A stretch of DNA of 64,000 nucleotides, taken from positions 543 through 64,542 of the IMG/VR virus record IMGVR_UViG_3300042503_000724; one strand, written 5' to 3'. The notes below the pieces were generated by a model that saw nothing but the letters and a program-made list of their open reading frames with translations, made no database searches and had not been told where the DNA came from. Below, piece by piece: positions 53,196 to 63,900 of the stretch (within the stretch, counting starts at the first letter, position 1; each line of letters starts with the position of its first letter). The stretch comes from a virus. Taxonomy: Duplodnaviria; Caudoviricetes. A program made the translations under genes and the position numbers.

Positions 53196-54393
53196 TAGCG
53201 AATGCCGCCTCTTTGGACCAAATAATTGCTTCGGGATCTGAAACTCTTGGCTCTGAGTTTTCGCTCTGCAACCATCCACCTTCCCAGTTTCCAGTTACAG
53301 TATTTTTCTTATATCTTGCAATAGTAAAATAATATTTTTTAGAGGTATTGTCGTAATCTACTACTTGAGTAGCTTCATTAAATACAGCCCTATTTACATT
53401 TAAGAAAGTTTTATTTAAACTTACTCCATCTTTTCTTGCATTTCCATTTCCATCATAGTCATAAATCTCTTGCATCATGGCTGCGTTGCTTAACTGAATT
53501 GGATTATTAATTGCAACAAAACTAGAATGATCTGGATTGTGCCAAGTTCCTCTTGTTAAATTTTTATAAGCAAAAACTGGAATATCAACAACTCCTCCAG
53601 GAATATTTCTAATTAATGGAAATCTTTCTGGTAAAGAAATTGTTACATTAAATTCCTTATAAGTTCCTGTTGGTGTTCTTGAGCTTGCATCGGTGTGTCC
53701 TGTATAAACAGTTCCAGTAGCAGCATTTGGTTGGTTGGTTCGTGTTTTTAAAGCTCTTCCGTCAAGAAAGAACTGAAACCATCTATTGCTAGAACTGTCT
53801 GGTCTTTGATTTGACTTAGTTCCAACCTTTGAGTAAATGTGTCTATTGTGTCCTGCTCTTCCAGAACACCAATCGTTAGCAGTTAAAGCTCTTGTATTAA
53901 CTTTATATACACCGTCAGCAGCTAAAACTATGGAGGTTACTGTAGAGCTAGCAACTGTATCTATATAAGTAGATTTTTTATCAATGACTCTGTAGTCAAA
54001 AGTGTCATAATAAGCATGATTATTTACATAGTCAGATATTCCAGAAACCCTAATTATGTCTCCTTTTCCAACCCTAGAAGAAAAATTAGATCCAGAACAA
54101 AAAAATCTATAATTTCTTTCATCGTCTACGGCTGACCAATTAGTTATTGTAAACGTGTCTGCTCTTGCATTTATTGCATTTGTTACAATTGGATTTAAAG
54201 AATATCCTCTATCAACAGGTATTTCATTTACTCCAATAGGAGTATAGGCAGAAATTAAATCTGGTGCCGTTGGAGCAACAAACTCAATTGATGGCAATTT
54301 AATTGGGTCAGTAGAGTTAGATAGGGCAGTTATAACCATTCTATATCTTGTTCCAGGAATTAAACCTCTGACGTATCCAGTAAGATCTGCCAT
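53188..54393 (-). CDS. Minor tail protein
   Basis: Position in the tail operon; GLIPGTRY FN3-like start; start moved to MADLTG. Confidence 0.65.
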   Translation of the reverse strand: MADLTGYVRGLIPGTRYRMVITALSNSTDPIKLPSIEFVAPTAPDLISAYTPIGVNEIPVDRGYSLNPIVTNAINARADTFTITNWSAVDDERNYRFFCSGSNFSSRVGKGDIIRVSGISDYVNNHAYYDTFDYRVIDKKSTYIDTVASSTVTSIVLAADGVYKVNTRALTANDWCSGRAGHNRHIYSKVGTKSNQRPDSSSNRWFQFFLDGRALKTRTNQPNAATGTVYTGHTDASSRTPTGTYKEFNVTISLPERFPLIRNIPGGVVDIPVFAYKNLTRGTWHNPDHSSFVAINNPIQLSNAAMMQEIYDYDGNGNARKDGVSLNKTFLNVNRAVFNEATQVVDYDNTSKKYYFTIARYKKNTVTGNWEGGWLQSENSEPRVSDPEAIIWSKEAAFANA

Positions 54394-54394
54394 T

Positions 54395-55393
54395 TTAAAC
54401 CGCCTTATTAAACCCAAAACTTAAGTAATATTCAATGTCTAGGGACTCTGAGGCAGATTTAGTAATTACATTTTCACTACCAAGAACAGTTCTAGATACC
54501 ATTCCATATGTTGTATCTACATTTAAATTATCATTAATTCTAATTGCATCAATAATTACATCTGCAACTTCGGCTTTAATTTCTATAGCATTTATGTTTC
54601 CCCATCCAAGTGTGCTAGGTCCAAATCTACTAAAAGCACTTCTTAAAATATCCTTAAATCCATAAGTATGTCCAGAGGCTGCAGTAAATTCATATGAAAA
54701 ATAATTTGCATCATTATATAAAAACTTTAAAATAATTTTTGGAGTCTCTGTATTTTTTTTAGAATAAGCAATTGATATAAAGTCTTCAATGTTAAATGCA
54801 TTTTGACCAGAAGATGTAAACTGATCAAAGTTTTTATTTATTCTTAATGTTTGATCCTTTTTTAAATATAGTGCGGTTGAGCCAACTCTAAATCCTCCAG
54901 TAAAGCCAGTTGGTGAGGTAGAAACATATCCAGATGTTTCAACAGGGTTTCCAGAAACAGGACCAATTGGCTGTCCATTATTTAACCAACCATCTGTTGA
55001 CGTTCCAGATACCAAAGAAAGTTCTGAAAAAGCTCTTTCTTCATCTGGATTGCTTGGAAATATTCCAAGTTCATAAATTGTAAAGGCATCAGCACTAGAT
55101 GGGATAGTTCCTCTAAAAACCATAGCATCGTAGTTTCCACTATTGTCTAAGAATGCTAAGCGAACTGGAATGCTGCTTACAGAAAATCCAAGTCTAGTAT
55201 CTGGGATAAGACCATTACTATCTGCAGTCTGATTTGCTGTTGAAGAAATGCCAACCTGAATGTTTCCACCAATACTTGGTATTAAACCCATCAAAGCTTT
55301 TAAAACAATTGAACGACCAGCAACTGTCATTTGATTTTCTTTTTCTGCTACTAATTTTCCATCTTTATAAATTCTGTAAATTCCCTGCATCAT
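54395..55393 (-). CDS. Minor tail/baseplate protein (leaderless)
   Basis: NQMTVAGR, IYELGIF, TKS.SESLDIEY; TGgTATAAT 6 nt before ATG. Confidence 0.7.
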   Translation of the reverse strand: MMQGIYRIYKDGKLVAEKENQMTVAGRSIVLKALMGLIPSIGGNIQVGISSTANQTADSNGLIPDTRLGFSVSSIPVRLAFLDNSGNYDAMVFRGTIPSSADAFTIYELGIFPSNPDEERAFSELSLVSGTSTDGWLNNGQPIGPVSGNPVETSGYVSTSPTGFTGGFRVGSTALYLKKDQTLRINKNFDQFTSSGQNAFNIEDFISIAYSKKNTETPKIILKFLYNDANYFSYEFTAASGHTYGFKDILRSAFSRFGPSTLGWGNINAIEIKAEVADVIIDAIRINDNLNVDTTYGMVSRTVLGSENVITKSASESLDIEYYLSFGFNKAV

Positions 55394-55410
55394 AAACAAA
55401 TTATACCACT

Positions 55411-56163
55411 TTAACTGACATTATAGCATTCTATTCTGTATACAACATCGTATCCAAAGCCTTGTAGCTCTGGAAGTTTTAGCTCTAAATCATATACGGA
55501 TGCTCCGCCTTGTATTCTTGGCATACCTCCTTGAAAATTTAAATTTTCCTTTTTTATTCCAAATTTAGCAAGTTTTGTACCAGAAGGAACTAGGTCTCCA
55601 ATTTGATTTGCAACTAGATTAATTACATCATTTAACCTATCTCTAATTTGAAGCTCTGTAAGTTCTACCTCTGACCTTGACCTAATTATGTTGGAAACAA
55701 CTGCAGTTGATCTTTGAGAGGCATCATCTGACTCAAGCATGTAGGATGCAATCCTATTAATGCTTGTAAAGTTATATGCAAATAAAAGACCTTCAGCACT
55801 TGAAATTAATCCTAGCGTAAGCCTTTCAATTTCTTTAATATATGCTTCTTGAATGTTAGGAGTTATTGCTTGACCAGAGCCAAGAGGTATTTGTATCTGA
55901 GATACAGGAACGTTTGGTCTTGGATCTACTTTATCTTTCTTGTTCTTATCTCCACTGCCACCTTTTCCACCTTTTCCACCTTTGCCACCTTTAACATTTA
56001 AAGTTGAACTTGGGTCAAATCCAGGATAGACGTATGCTGGCTTCCTATCTTCTCTTGCATTTGCTCTATTTGGGTCAGGTCGGTTTCCAAGCCTTTTATT
56101 TTCTCTTGCTGTTTCAGCATCGATCTTTTTTTTCTTTTTTAATGAATCTGCATATTCTCCCAT
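55411..56163 (-). CDS. Hypothetical tail-region protein
   Basis: ORF with basic N-terminus and GGK repeats. Confidence 0.6.
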   Translation of the reverse strand: MGEYADSLKKKKKIDAETARENKRLGNRPDPNRANAREDRKPAYVYPGFDPSSTLNVKGGKGGKGGKGGSGDKNKKDKVDPRPNVPVSQIQIPLGSGQAITPNIQEAYIKEIERLTLGLISSAEGLLFAYNFTSINRIASYMLESDDASQRSTAVVSNIIRSRSEVELTELQIRDRLNDVINLVANQIGDLVPSGTKLAKFGIKKENLNFQGGMPRIQGGASVYDLELKLPELQGFGYDVVYRIECYNVS

Positions 56164-56164
56164 A

Positions 56165-59100
56165 TTACAACATCTCTCTTAACTCAACCGACATAGAAAT
56201 ATCGTCTGGTGTAGCGGTGTAGTTTATTCTAGATAAAATATATGTTTTATCTCCATCTTGTTCCACGCAATATCCTCTAGACTTATAAAATACCTTTACT
56301 TTATCTCCAAGTTGAAGTAGTGGGTTTGGAAAAATCTCAGCCGTAATAACAACTTTTTCTTTTGATGCTTTTTTGGCTACCCAATTTGCTAGCTTTTTAG
56401 CCATGTTAATTCCAGATATATATGTTCCAGAAATATTGTAAGACTGCTCACCATAGAGTTTCCTATTAATTTCTAGCTCTTGATTTTTTCTTTCTTCAAT
56501 ATCTAATGAATTAATATAGTCATCAATTCTTACTTCTCCTCCACCTAACTTGTCTAAAAGAATTCCACTTATATATACTGGTACAGAACTTCCAGAGTCA
56601 ATTCTTACCGTTGCACCTGCAGTACAATAAATCCAAAACTCTCCTCCAAATGAAGTATACTTAAAGTCTTTAACCAAATAATCTGGAATAATTCTACCAA
56701 GTTCTATTAATTGAGCAGAAAATGTTGGATACTGAAATCTTGCTTCAATTTTTCTTGCTTCTCTAACCAAGCAGCCAAAGTCATCATAGAATAAAGGATA
56801 GTTTCCTCCACCGTATGCATCGCTTACAGAAGATGTAATTACTCCACGATCAATTGCTTGATCGAAAGAATACGGAACTGGGGCAGAAAGGATTGGGTGA
56901 TTTATTCCAATGTCTACACCTTCTACTGTTGCGATTGCATAAAAGTATTCAAAAATTGCTGCGGAGTCATCTCTAACAAACATAGATACATCTTGTCTTG
57001 GAGGAATATACCCTGCTTCTCCAACTTTAGCATCGTCAATTGCAGTAAACACTAATATGTCTTCAAAATAAACGTCAAAGGCTCTGTAAGATGTTGACTC
57101 GTATGTAACTATATCTAAACTAAATGTTGTTCTCCATCCATCAGAGTCTGACAAGGCAGTATAAGCTGGAAGAACTCCTTCTTCTCCAAATTTTGCAGCA
57201 TTAACTCTAGCAAATCCAACGCCAAGCAATGTTGGTGTTCTATCACTACCTGTAACTTTATAAAATTTAATATTGTTACTTTCTGGCTTATCTGCTTCAA
57301 ATGCATCTCCAGAAGTAGAAACTTCAAGGAAGTATCCGTTTGTTCCACTTGTGGTTGAAGAATTGTAAAGACCTATTCCAGCAAAAGTTGAATTAGAAGA
57401 TGACTCAAGTATTCTCATTTTTGCACCAACTCTTGTTGGATTAAATCCTGCTGACTGTTTAAATCCTGTTAAAAATTGTTGACCTGCATCTCTAATAATA
57501 ATTTGATCACTTGGTGGTAAATTTAGCGTTGAAGAAGATGTAGCATTAGACGGTGGTCCAATTAACTTTGCATAGCCAGCATTACTAGAAATATACTGAT
57601 TCACTGAAGAGTCTCCAGTTGAAACTTTTTGTTGAGTAAGTAAATTTAAAGTTGCAGAAATTGTTGTTGGCTGGCTTGAAGAATACAGCTTTGTTGCAAA
57701 TGCATTCCACGAAACGGCATTACCAACAGATGCAACATGTTCAGAAACTCTTGTATCATTAAATCCTCTACCAGTTCTTGAAACTGTATATTTATATTTT
57801 TCATTAGTAAGTCCTGGGTCTGAAACCACAGACATTTCTAAGTCAACAATAAGTCCAACTGGAATAAAGTCTGCTCCTGATGGTGCCTTTAAAATATCTG
57901 TTAATTTTTCTTCTTCTGAAAAATAAATAATCAGGTCTGTTGAATACCCTCTTCTTGAAACCTTGTATAAAACTCCATTAAATTTAACCGTTTCGTCATC
58001 AATCACAACGTAGCCGTTATACTTTCTGTGGAAAGAAGATGTTAAAGTATCTTCTGCCATAAAAATTGTCAAGTCTTTCTTTTGATTTTCAGTAAGACTG
58101 GCATAGGCTTCTCTTATTGCTTGAAGTTCTGTGTCTGCCTCATATTGAATTTTTGTACCACTACTACTAAAATAACTTAATCCATTCGAGCCACCCAAGT
58201 TTCTTTGTAGTGATCCAACACCCAAATATGAATCTAAGTCTGTATTGGCTGGCTGCCAAACAATATGAGGAACAAAGGATAAATTTCTATTTAAATTTAC
58301 TTCACTAAATCCAGTCAATTTAGTAACATTGGTAATATCTGTTTCGTCTCCTCTTTGCAGTGCTTCTTTTACTAAATTAAGTGGCTTTTTTTCTATACCA
58401 AGATGATCATAAGCTACTTCACCTGAAGTAATTGGTGGAATTATTGAATCTTCAAAACTTTCAATATTACTTATGTATTTGTTGTTTAAATAGGCATATT
58501 CTGCGTCTCCAGAAGATAACTCTCCAATGTCTCCGACAAGCCAATAGTCATGTAGGTTTGTTTTATTTGCTACAGCCTCTTTTGTCATTGCAATTAAATT
58601 ATTAAAACTATCAAAAAATATTGATAGTTGTGTAGACTTAGCAATTTCATTTAACACTTCTGCAACTGATTGTTCTTTTCTGCATCTAAAAAAGTCAAGG
58701 GATATGTCTTCATAATCATACTCTTCCCCTTCTTTACTTTTATAGAATCCAAACTTATTATATCCAGCATTATCTAAAACAATTTTAATAATTGCAGATA
58801 CTTTAATTCCATCTCTTGATGCTAAAAGCATGTCTGGGGCTGGCTTATCTTTTAAGAAACGCATTGAATCTTCTAGTGAAACAGAAACTTTCCAGTTTGA
58901 CTCTTCGTCCCAAGACTCTACATACAGTACTTTAACTGGAACATATTTAGTTGTAGGTCCAGAAGTTATAGCATTTAATATTGTAAATTTTACGTTTGGC
59001 TTTAATATGTCATCTAATATAGAGTTCATGTTTTTATTGCTAATTAAATTATCTTCATTAAATAGCTCTATTGATCCAGTTGAAGAAACAATAGATCCAA

Positions 59101-60382
59101 CTGGTAGTCCAAGAGAAGCATCTCCAATAGTAGTATCAACAGAAAATGATTCTGTATATCCAGTAAAATCAACTACTAGTCTTGGGGAAATTTCAATAAT
59201 ATCTAAAGTTGCACCTTCTTTTGACATTGTTTGTGCAGAAAATCTAACTGCAGTAATTAGCTCAACGTCTAGACCAGTTATTCCATCATTTGGAATATTA
59301 AAAGATGTTAGTGCATTTTCTTCTTCAACTGCACCTGCTAAAGACCATGACATTGATCCACTGACTTTTTTACCAGTTATTCTAACTATGCCATCAGATA
59401 GCGATGGTGTGTCTACAAACTTAATACTTGCAGCAGCAAGGTTTCCAGTGAGGTTTTTATCTAGCACAACAAGACCATCTTGTTTTACTTCTGCTACATA
59501 AGTTTCTGTTGGAACATTTGTTGTTGACCCAACCTGTACAACTCTCATTCCAACATAGATTCCTGAACTGTCTGTTAGTGTTATGTTTTTTGAACCACTT
59601 GTTCCAGTAACTGTTTTAGTTTTAGCCACCGCAAGACGAGTGTCATCATCTTCTGAATAGATTGTTGACCAAGTTGTTGATCCAGATTTTAAAACCTGAA
59701 TAGTAAAATTTTTAGCATATCCATTTACAGTTTGAGTTTTAATAGTAATCTTGTTTGTTTTTAAGGGTCCTTTCTCAACTACATCATAAACAATAAATGC
59801 ATTATTTCCTTTCATTTTAAAATCTGATCCAGATTTTCCAATAAGTTCATGAGTAATAGCTGGTGTATTTTCATTAGCAACTGCAGAGTTTGGCTTACAG
59901 TATCTAAAAGAATTCCAATACTTAAATCCTTGACTATCTGAAAGAGGGTATAGCCTTACTGGAGATTGTAAAACATTATAAGATTTTACTGTTTTTGAAT
60001 CTTCAATAATTATTGAAGATGTTTGAGATCCAATTCCATAAATAATTCCAGGATCAGGTCTGTCTGCTTCAACTACATTATATAGACTACAAAGCTTTTT
60101 AACAGTCTTTTCTTCTCTTGATATAGATGAGTCATCTACTCTTACTACAGTATAAAACCCTCCGTTATCCCATCCACCTACATCTGTTGTAACAAATGTT
60201 TTTGAGTATGTTGGGTCGTTAGATCCACTTGACTTAGCATCAATATATACTGGATATGATCCAACATAGTTAATTTTATAATATGAGTTATGGTTCCATT
60301 CTGCTAAAATTTTATGTTTTGAAGATATTGTAGATTCGTTTTTATAAATTGAATCGATTGCTGTTAGTCCTGTAGTTAGCAT
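56165..60382 (-). CDS. Large minor tail protein (baseplate hub/Tal-like)
   Basis: Second gene after the TMP; LDIIEISPRL, LPVG, SIFFDSFNNL, PNPLLQLGDKV. Confidence 0.75.
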   Translation of the reverse strand: MLTTGLTAIDSIYKNESTISSKHKILAEWNHNSYYKINYVGSYPVYIDAKSSGSNDPTYSKTFVTTDVGGWDNGGFYTVVRVDDSSISREEKTVKKLCSLYNVVEADRPDPGIIYGIGSQTSSIIIEDSKTVKSYNVLQSPVRLYPLSDSQGFKYWNSFRYCKPNSAVANENTPAITHELIGKSGSDFKMKGNNAFIVYDVVEKGPLKTNKITIKTQTVNGYAKNFTIQVLKSGSTTWSTIYSEDDDTRLAVAKTKTVTGTSGSKNITLTDSSGIYVGMRVVQVGSTTNVPTETYVAEVKQDGLVVLDKNLTGNLAAASIKFVDTPSLSDGIVRITGKKVSGSMSWSLAGAVEEENALTSFNIPNDGITGLDVELITAVRFSAQTMSKEGATLDIIEISPRLVVDFTGYTESFSVDTTIGDASLGLPVGSIVSSTGSIELFNEDNLISNKNMNSILDDILKPNVKFTILNAITSGPTTKYVPVKVLYVESWDEESNWKVSVSLEDSMRFLKDKPAPDMLLASRDGIKVSAIIKIVLDNAGYNKFGFYKSKEGEEYDYEDISLDFFRCRKEQSVAEVLNEIAKSTQLSIFFDSFNNLIAMTKEAVANKTNLHDYWLVGDIGELSSGDAEYAYLNNKYISNIESFEDSIIPPITSGEVAYDHLGIEKKPLNLVKEALQRGDETDITNVTKLTGFSEVNLNRNLSFVPHIVWQPANTDLDSYLGVGSLQRNLGGSNGLSYFSSSGTKIQYEADTELQAIREAYASLTENQKKDLTIFMAEDTLTSSFHRKYNGYVVIDDETVKFNGVLYKVSRRGYSTDLIIYFSEEEKLTDILKAPSGADFIPVGLIVDLEMSVVSDPGLTNEKYKYTVSRTGRGFNDTRVSEHVASVGNAVSWNAFATKLYSSSQPTTISATLNLLTQQKVSTGDSSVNQYISSNAGYAKLIGPPSNATSSSTLNLPPSDQIIIRDAGQQFLTGFKQSAGFNPTRVGAKMRILESSSNSTFAGIGLYNSSTTSGTNGYFLEVSTSGDAFEADKPESNNIKFYKVTGSDRTPTLLGVGFARVNAAKFGEEGVLPAYTALSDSDGWRTTFSLDIVTYESTSYRAFDVYFEDILVFTAIDDAKVGEAGYIPPRQDVSMFVRDDSAAIFEYFYAIATVEGVDIGINHPILSAPVPYSFDQAIDRGVITSSVSDAYGGGNYPLFYDDFGCLVREARKIEARFQYPTFSAQLIELGRIIPDYLVKDFKYTSFGGEFWIYCTAGATVRIDSGSSVPVYISGILLDKLGGGEVRIDDYINSLDIEERKNQELEINRKLYGEQSYNISGTYISGINMAKKLANWVAKKASKEKVVITAEIFPNPLLQLGDKVKVFYKSRGYCVEQDGDKTYILSRINYTATPDDISMSVELREML

Positions 60383-60933
60383 TAGACTTCCACCAAGCTA
60401 ATAGACACATCCCATAAATCATTATGTTGCCCTCTTTTTACAATAGAAAAATCAAAATCGTCAAAGAAAACATTGTACTTTTCAACATTAGTTACTGAGT
60501 TTCCTGTCACTGATGCGTCATATACTAATAGCATCCAAAAATCTGAAAAGTTTGCTTCGTACCAAGCTTTAATGTCTTGACCAGCACCAAAACCATCTGA
60601 AGTAATTTTATTTGAAAGACCATCTGAAACTGCTGGAGTTGGTCTTGTTTTTCTAGAAGGAAGAGATTCCCAAGAAGTACTAAAGGTCATCTTGTCTGCA
60701 ATATGAACAGAACGCATTGTTCCATCAATCATTCTTCTCTTAGACTCAAGTCTTTGTGGTACTACTGATAAAGAAGACCTATTGTCGTCAGTTAAATATA
60801 GCACTTGTCCAGAACCAAAGTCCCATAATCCGTTTGGAACACCACTAGTTAATTGTGCAACTGGGTTAGATGTAGAAAATATAATCAATGATGGCTTTGA
60901 GTATGCTCTACTTAATAGTGCTGGATCTGCCAT
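60382..60933 (-). CDS. Distal tail protein-like
   Basis: Immediately follows the TMP; R.E...RMIDGTMRS.HIADK, W..LPSR, WDVSISLVEV. Confidence 0.7.
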   Translation of the reverse strand: MADPALLSRAYSKPSLIIFSTSNPVAQLTSGVPNGLWDFGSGQVLYLTDDNRSSLSVVPQRLESKRRMIDGTMRSVHIADKMTFSTSWESLPSRKTRPTPAVSDGLSNKITSDGFGAGQDIKAWYEANFSDFWMLLVYDASVTGNSVTNVEKYNVFFDDFDFSIVKRGQHNDLWDVSISLVEV

Positions 60934-63900
60934 TAGCTACTCCTCCCAAAACTTCTTCTATCTTCTTCTCTGCTAATAGCAGTAACAATTTTTTGTGCAA
61001 TCTTATTTGGATCCATTGAAGGACCAGATGCATCAACGCTAATGTTGTAGGTGTTACTGCTAGATACCATTGTACCACTATCTATTGGAGAAATGCCAGA
61101 TATTGATGGCATACCAAACTTTAACTCTGCAATTCCATCTTTTAATTGTTGAGTAAGCGGTTTTGTTAATACAATTTCTCCCTTGTGAAGATTAGCAAGA
61201 CCATCTGACATTGTTTCTCCACCAATTCTCATTCCTGGAGGATTTTCTCCATTCTTAAGGGCAGACCATTCAAAGTGCAAGTGTGGACCAGTTGAGTTTC
61301 CTGAGTTTCCAGAGTATCCAATTAGATCTCCAGCACTTACGGATCCATCTTTTCCAAATTCATTTAGGTGAGCGTATAAAGACTCTGTTCCGTCCGAATG
61401 TTTAATTGTTACAAATCTTCCAAAAGAAGAATTTCCTCTATTTCTTTGACTTGCAGTTCCTGAAGCCATTGCATACACTGGAGTTCCTGTTGGAGTTTTA
61501 TAGTCAATAGCTGTTGCGTATCTTGCACTATGCTGTTTTCCACTTGGATATAAACCTCTTGCACTAATTGGAAAAGCTTGTCTAAGAATTTTTGCAACTG
61601 CTCCAAGTTTTTCTGGAATAGATGATGGAAGACCAGATCCTCCACCGTCATTATTTTCTGGCTCCTCATTAATGCTTTCTGAAGCTTTTTGAACAAGTGC
61701 ATTTGCTATTGTTGTTGCACCAATTCTTTGCCCCATAGATCCAGTTATTGCTCCAGCTGAAGCAATTGCAACTCCTCCAACACGATCCCCATTATTAATT
61801 TTATCTAAAGTTCCCTTGCCAATTCTTTTTACAGAATCTGCCTTAACCACATATTCTCCATTTGAAAGACGTGCTGGAATAGAGTCCGAAGTTGAAGTTC
61901 CTGGACCAGAAACATAGCCACCATCTGCATAGGTTCCAGTTCCATCTTTTGCTGCTGGATTATTTTTTCCTGCTTTAGGCAAACTATTTTCAATTAACTC
62001 TTTTAAGCTTGTAGGATCTAAATCAAATTCTTTAGCTGCTGCATCTATTTGTTGATTAAATACTCCAGAAAATCCACTAGTAAATCCTTCTGCAAGCCCC
62101 TTCATAATTGCTTGAGACTCTGCTGGCATGTTTGAAGCAACAGTAGTTATAGCTGTAGCATATTCAGAAAGGTCTTTTCCAAGTTTTTCTCCAACTGGTG
62201 TATTTATAAAATCTTCTAGAGCAGATTTTGCTGAGTTAAACTTATTTAGCTCGTCAGCCTTGTTTTTTTGAATTTGAATAGATTCTTTATTTAATGCCTC
62301 CATTCTATTGTCGTGACGCTCAGATTCCTTATCCATTAGCTCCTGGTTAGCATCTAATTGATCTTGTAGTGTTTGAGTTTCAGCATCTGCTTTTTCTTTA
62401 ATACTATCAATAGTTTTTTCAATATCAGTAACTCTTGCGTCAGTAAGGTCTTCAATTTTTTTAATTTCACTTTGTTGAGCATTTTCTTGTGCAGAACTTG
62501 CCATTTCATCTCTTGCTTGAAGGAAACCAATAACATCTCCACTAGCCAATGCATTAAGACCTCCAAGTGCAGTTTGTCCCTGACTAGCTAAGAAAGAAGA
62601 TTCTTCTTTTTGTGATTCAAGAGCCTTTAAGTATTTTTCTGAGCTTTCTTCAATAGCATCTATTTCTTTTTCTTTTGATTTTATTTGCTCGTCTGCAGCT
62701 CTTTGAATTCCTTTAATTTCTTTTTGAATAGCCTTATTTCTTTTTTCCATATTTTTTTGGAAATTTTTAGTTCTTTCATTTTCTGATTCTTGTGCAGATT
62801 CATTATTTGCAATCAATTGATCGTAGTAGGCTGTTCTTGTCTGGATTTCAGCATCGATCACACTTATTGCTTCTTGGACGTTAGAATTAATTTCAATATC
62901 GATTCTTTTTTGTGTTTCTACTGCAGCAATTTGTTGTTGTAGACCAAATGCTTCATCTTTTGAGTTCTTTAAATCTGCAATCAACTGAGTTAAATCAATG
63001 TTCATAGCTTCTGCTTGTAAAAGCAGCATTTGATTTTTTATTCCTTCTGCTTCAGAGTCAGCTGACACCAATGCATCTTTTAATGTTAAAACAAATTTTG
63101 AATCGTCTGCATATCCAAGCTCTTTAGCTTTATCTAAATTAGCTTGCTGCAAGGCTTGTGTTGTTTTTCCTATATTAGTTCCTGTTTCTTCTGCATTTGC
63201 ATAAACCTGGTCTACTGTTGTTGAAAGCATATTAAAACCTTTAATTACATCTGGAGATGTAAGTGCTGCATTTAATGCCCCAGTTATTTGACCAGTTAAG
63301 TTTTTAAAATCTTCTTCTCCAGATAGTTTTGTCATTTCTGGCTGTGGTGCCACAGGTATTGGTATTGGTTGTTCCCCAAGAGGAAGGGTATTAGCGTCAT
63401 TAAGCAGTGCGTTCTGAACTGCGGTTTTGCTTGAAACTTGCATAAACAAATTATCAATATTTAAAGTTACAGCTTCTTCAACTAGCTTTGTAGCATTAAT
63501 TTCTGTTGCTCTTTGATCTACATTTCCATTTTTATCTAAAACTGTTGCAGAATCCATTTGTCCTTGAATTGATCTTAAGGAATCCATTTTTCCACTTGCT
63601 TGAGCAAGAACTGCAAGAATTTGTTGAGCTTGATCTGCGGTAAATCCTTGCTGCAACATTCTTCCATATTGACCAAGATAAATTGCTGCAGGATCTTCAG
63701 AATTTTTTAATTGCTCAACAATCTTTTGATTTTCTTCTTGCTGTAAAACTGTTTCTTTAAGTGCTGGATCAACTGCTGCAGCAGATGCTCCCTTTGAGAA
63801 TCCCATTTCTTTTGCAAGTTTAATATTTTCTTGCATTGCTGCATTAACGGATTTTAGTTCAATACCAAAATATTGTGCTGCGTTTGTTTGACTTGCGTAC

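Noticed and set aside
55960-55995. Short tandem repeats (GGK x3; also RQPRKP x2 near 22590-22625 and the TG run at 2661)
   Set aside because: In-frame low-complexity coding repeats; no evidence of phase variation.
58830-59501. Long plus-strand ORFs (also 33814..34329, 37732..38262 and others)
   Set aside because: Antisense shadows of well-supported minus-strand genes; no motifs, and no plus-strand promoter/RBS support seen.
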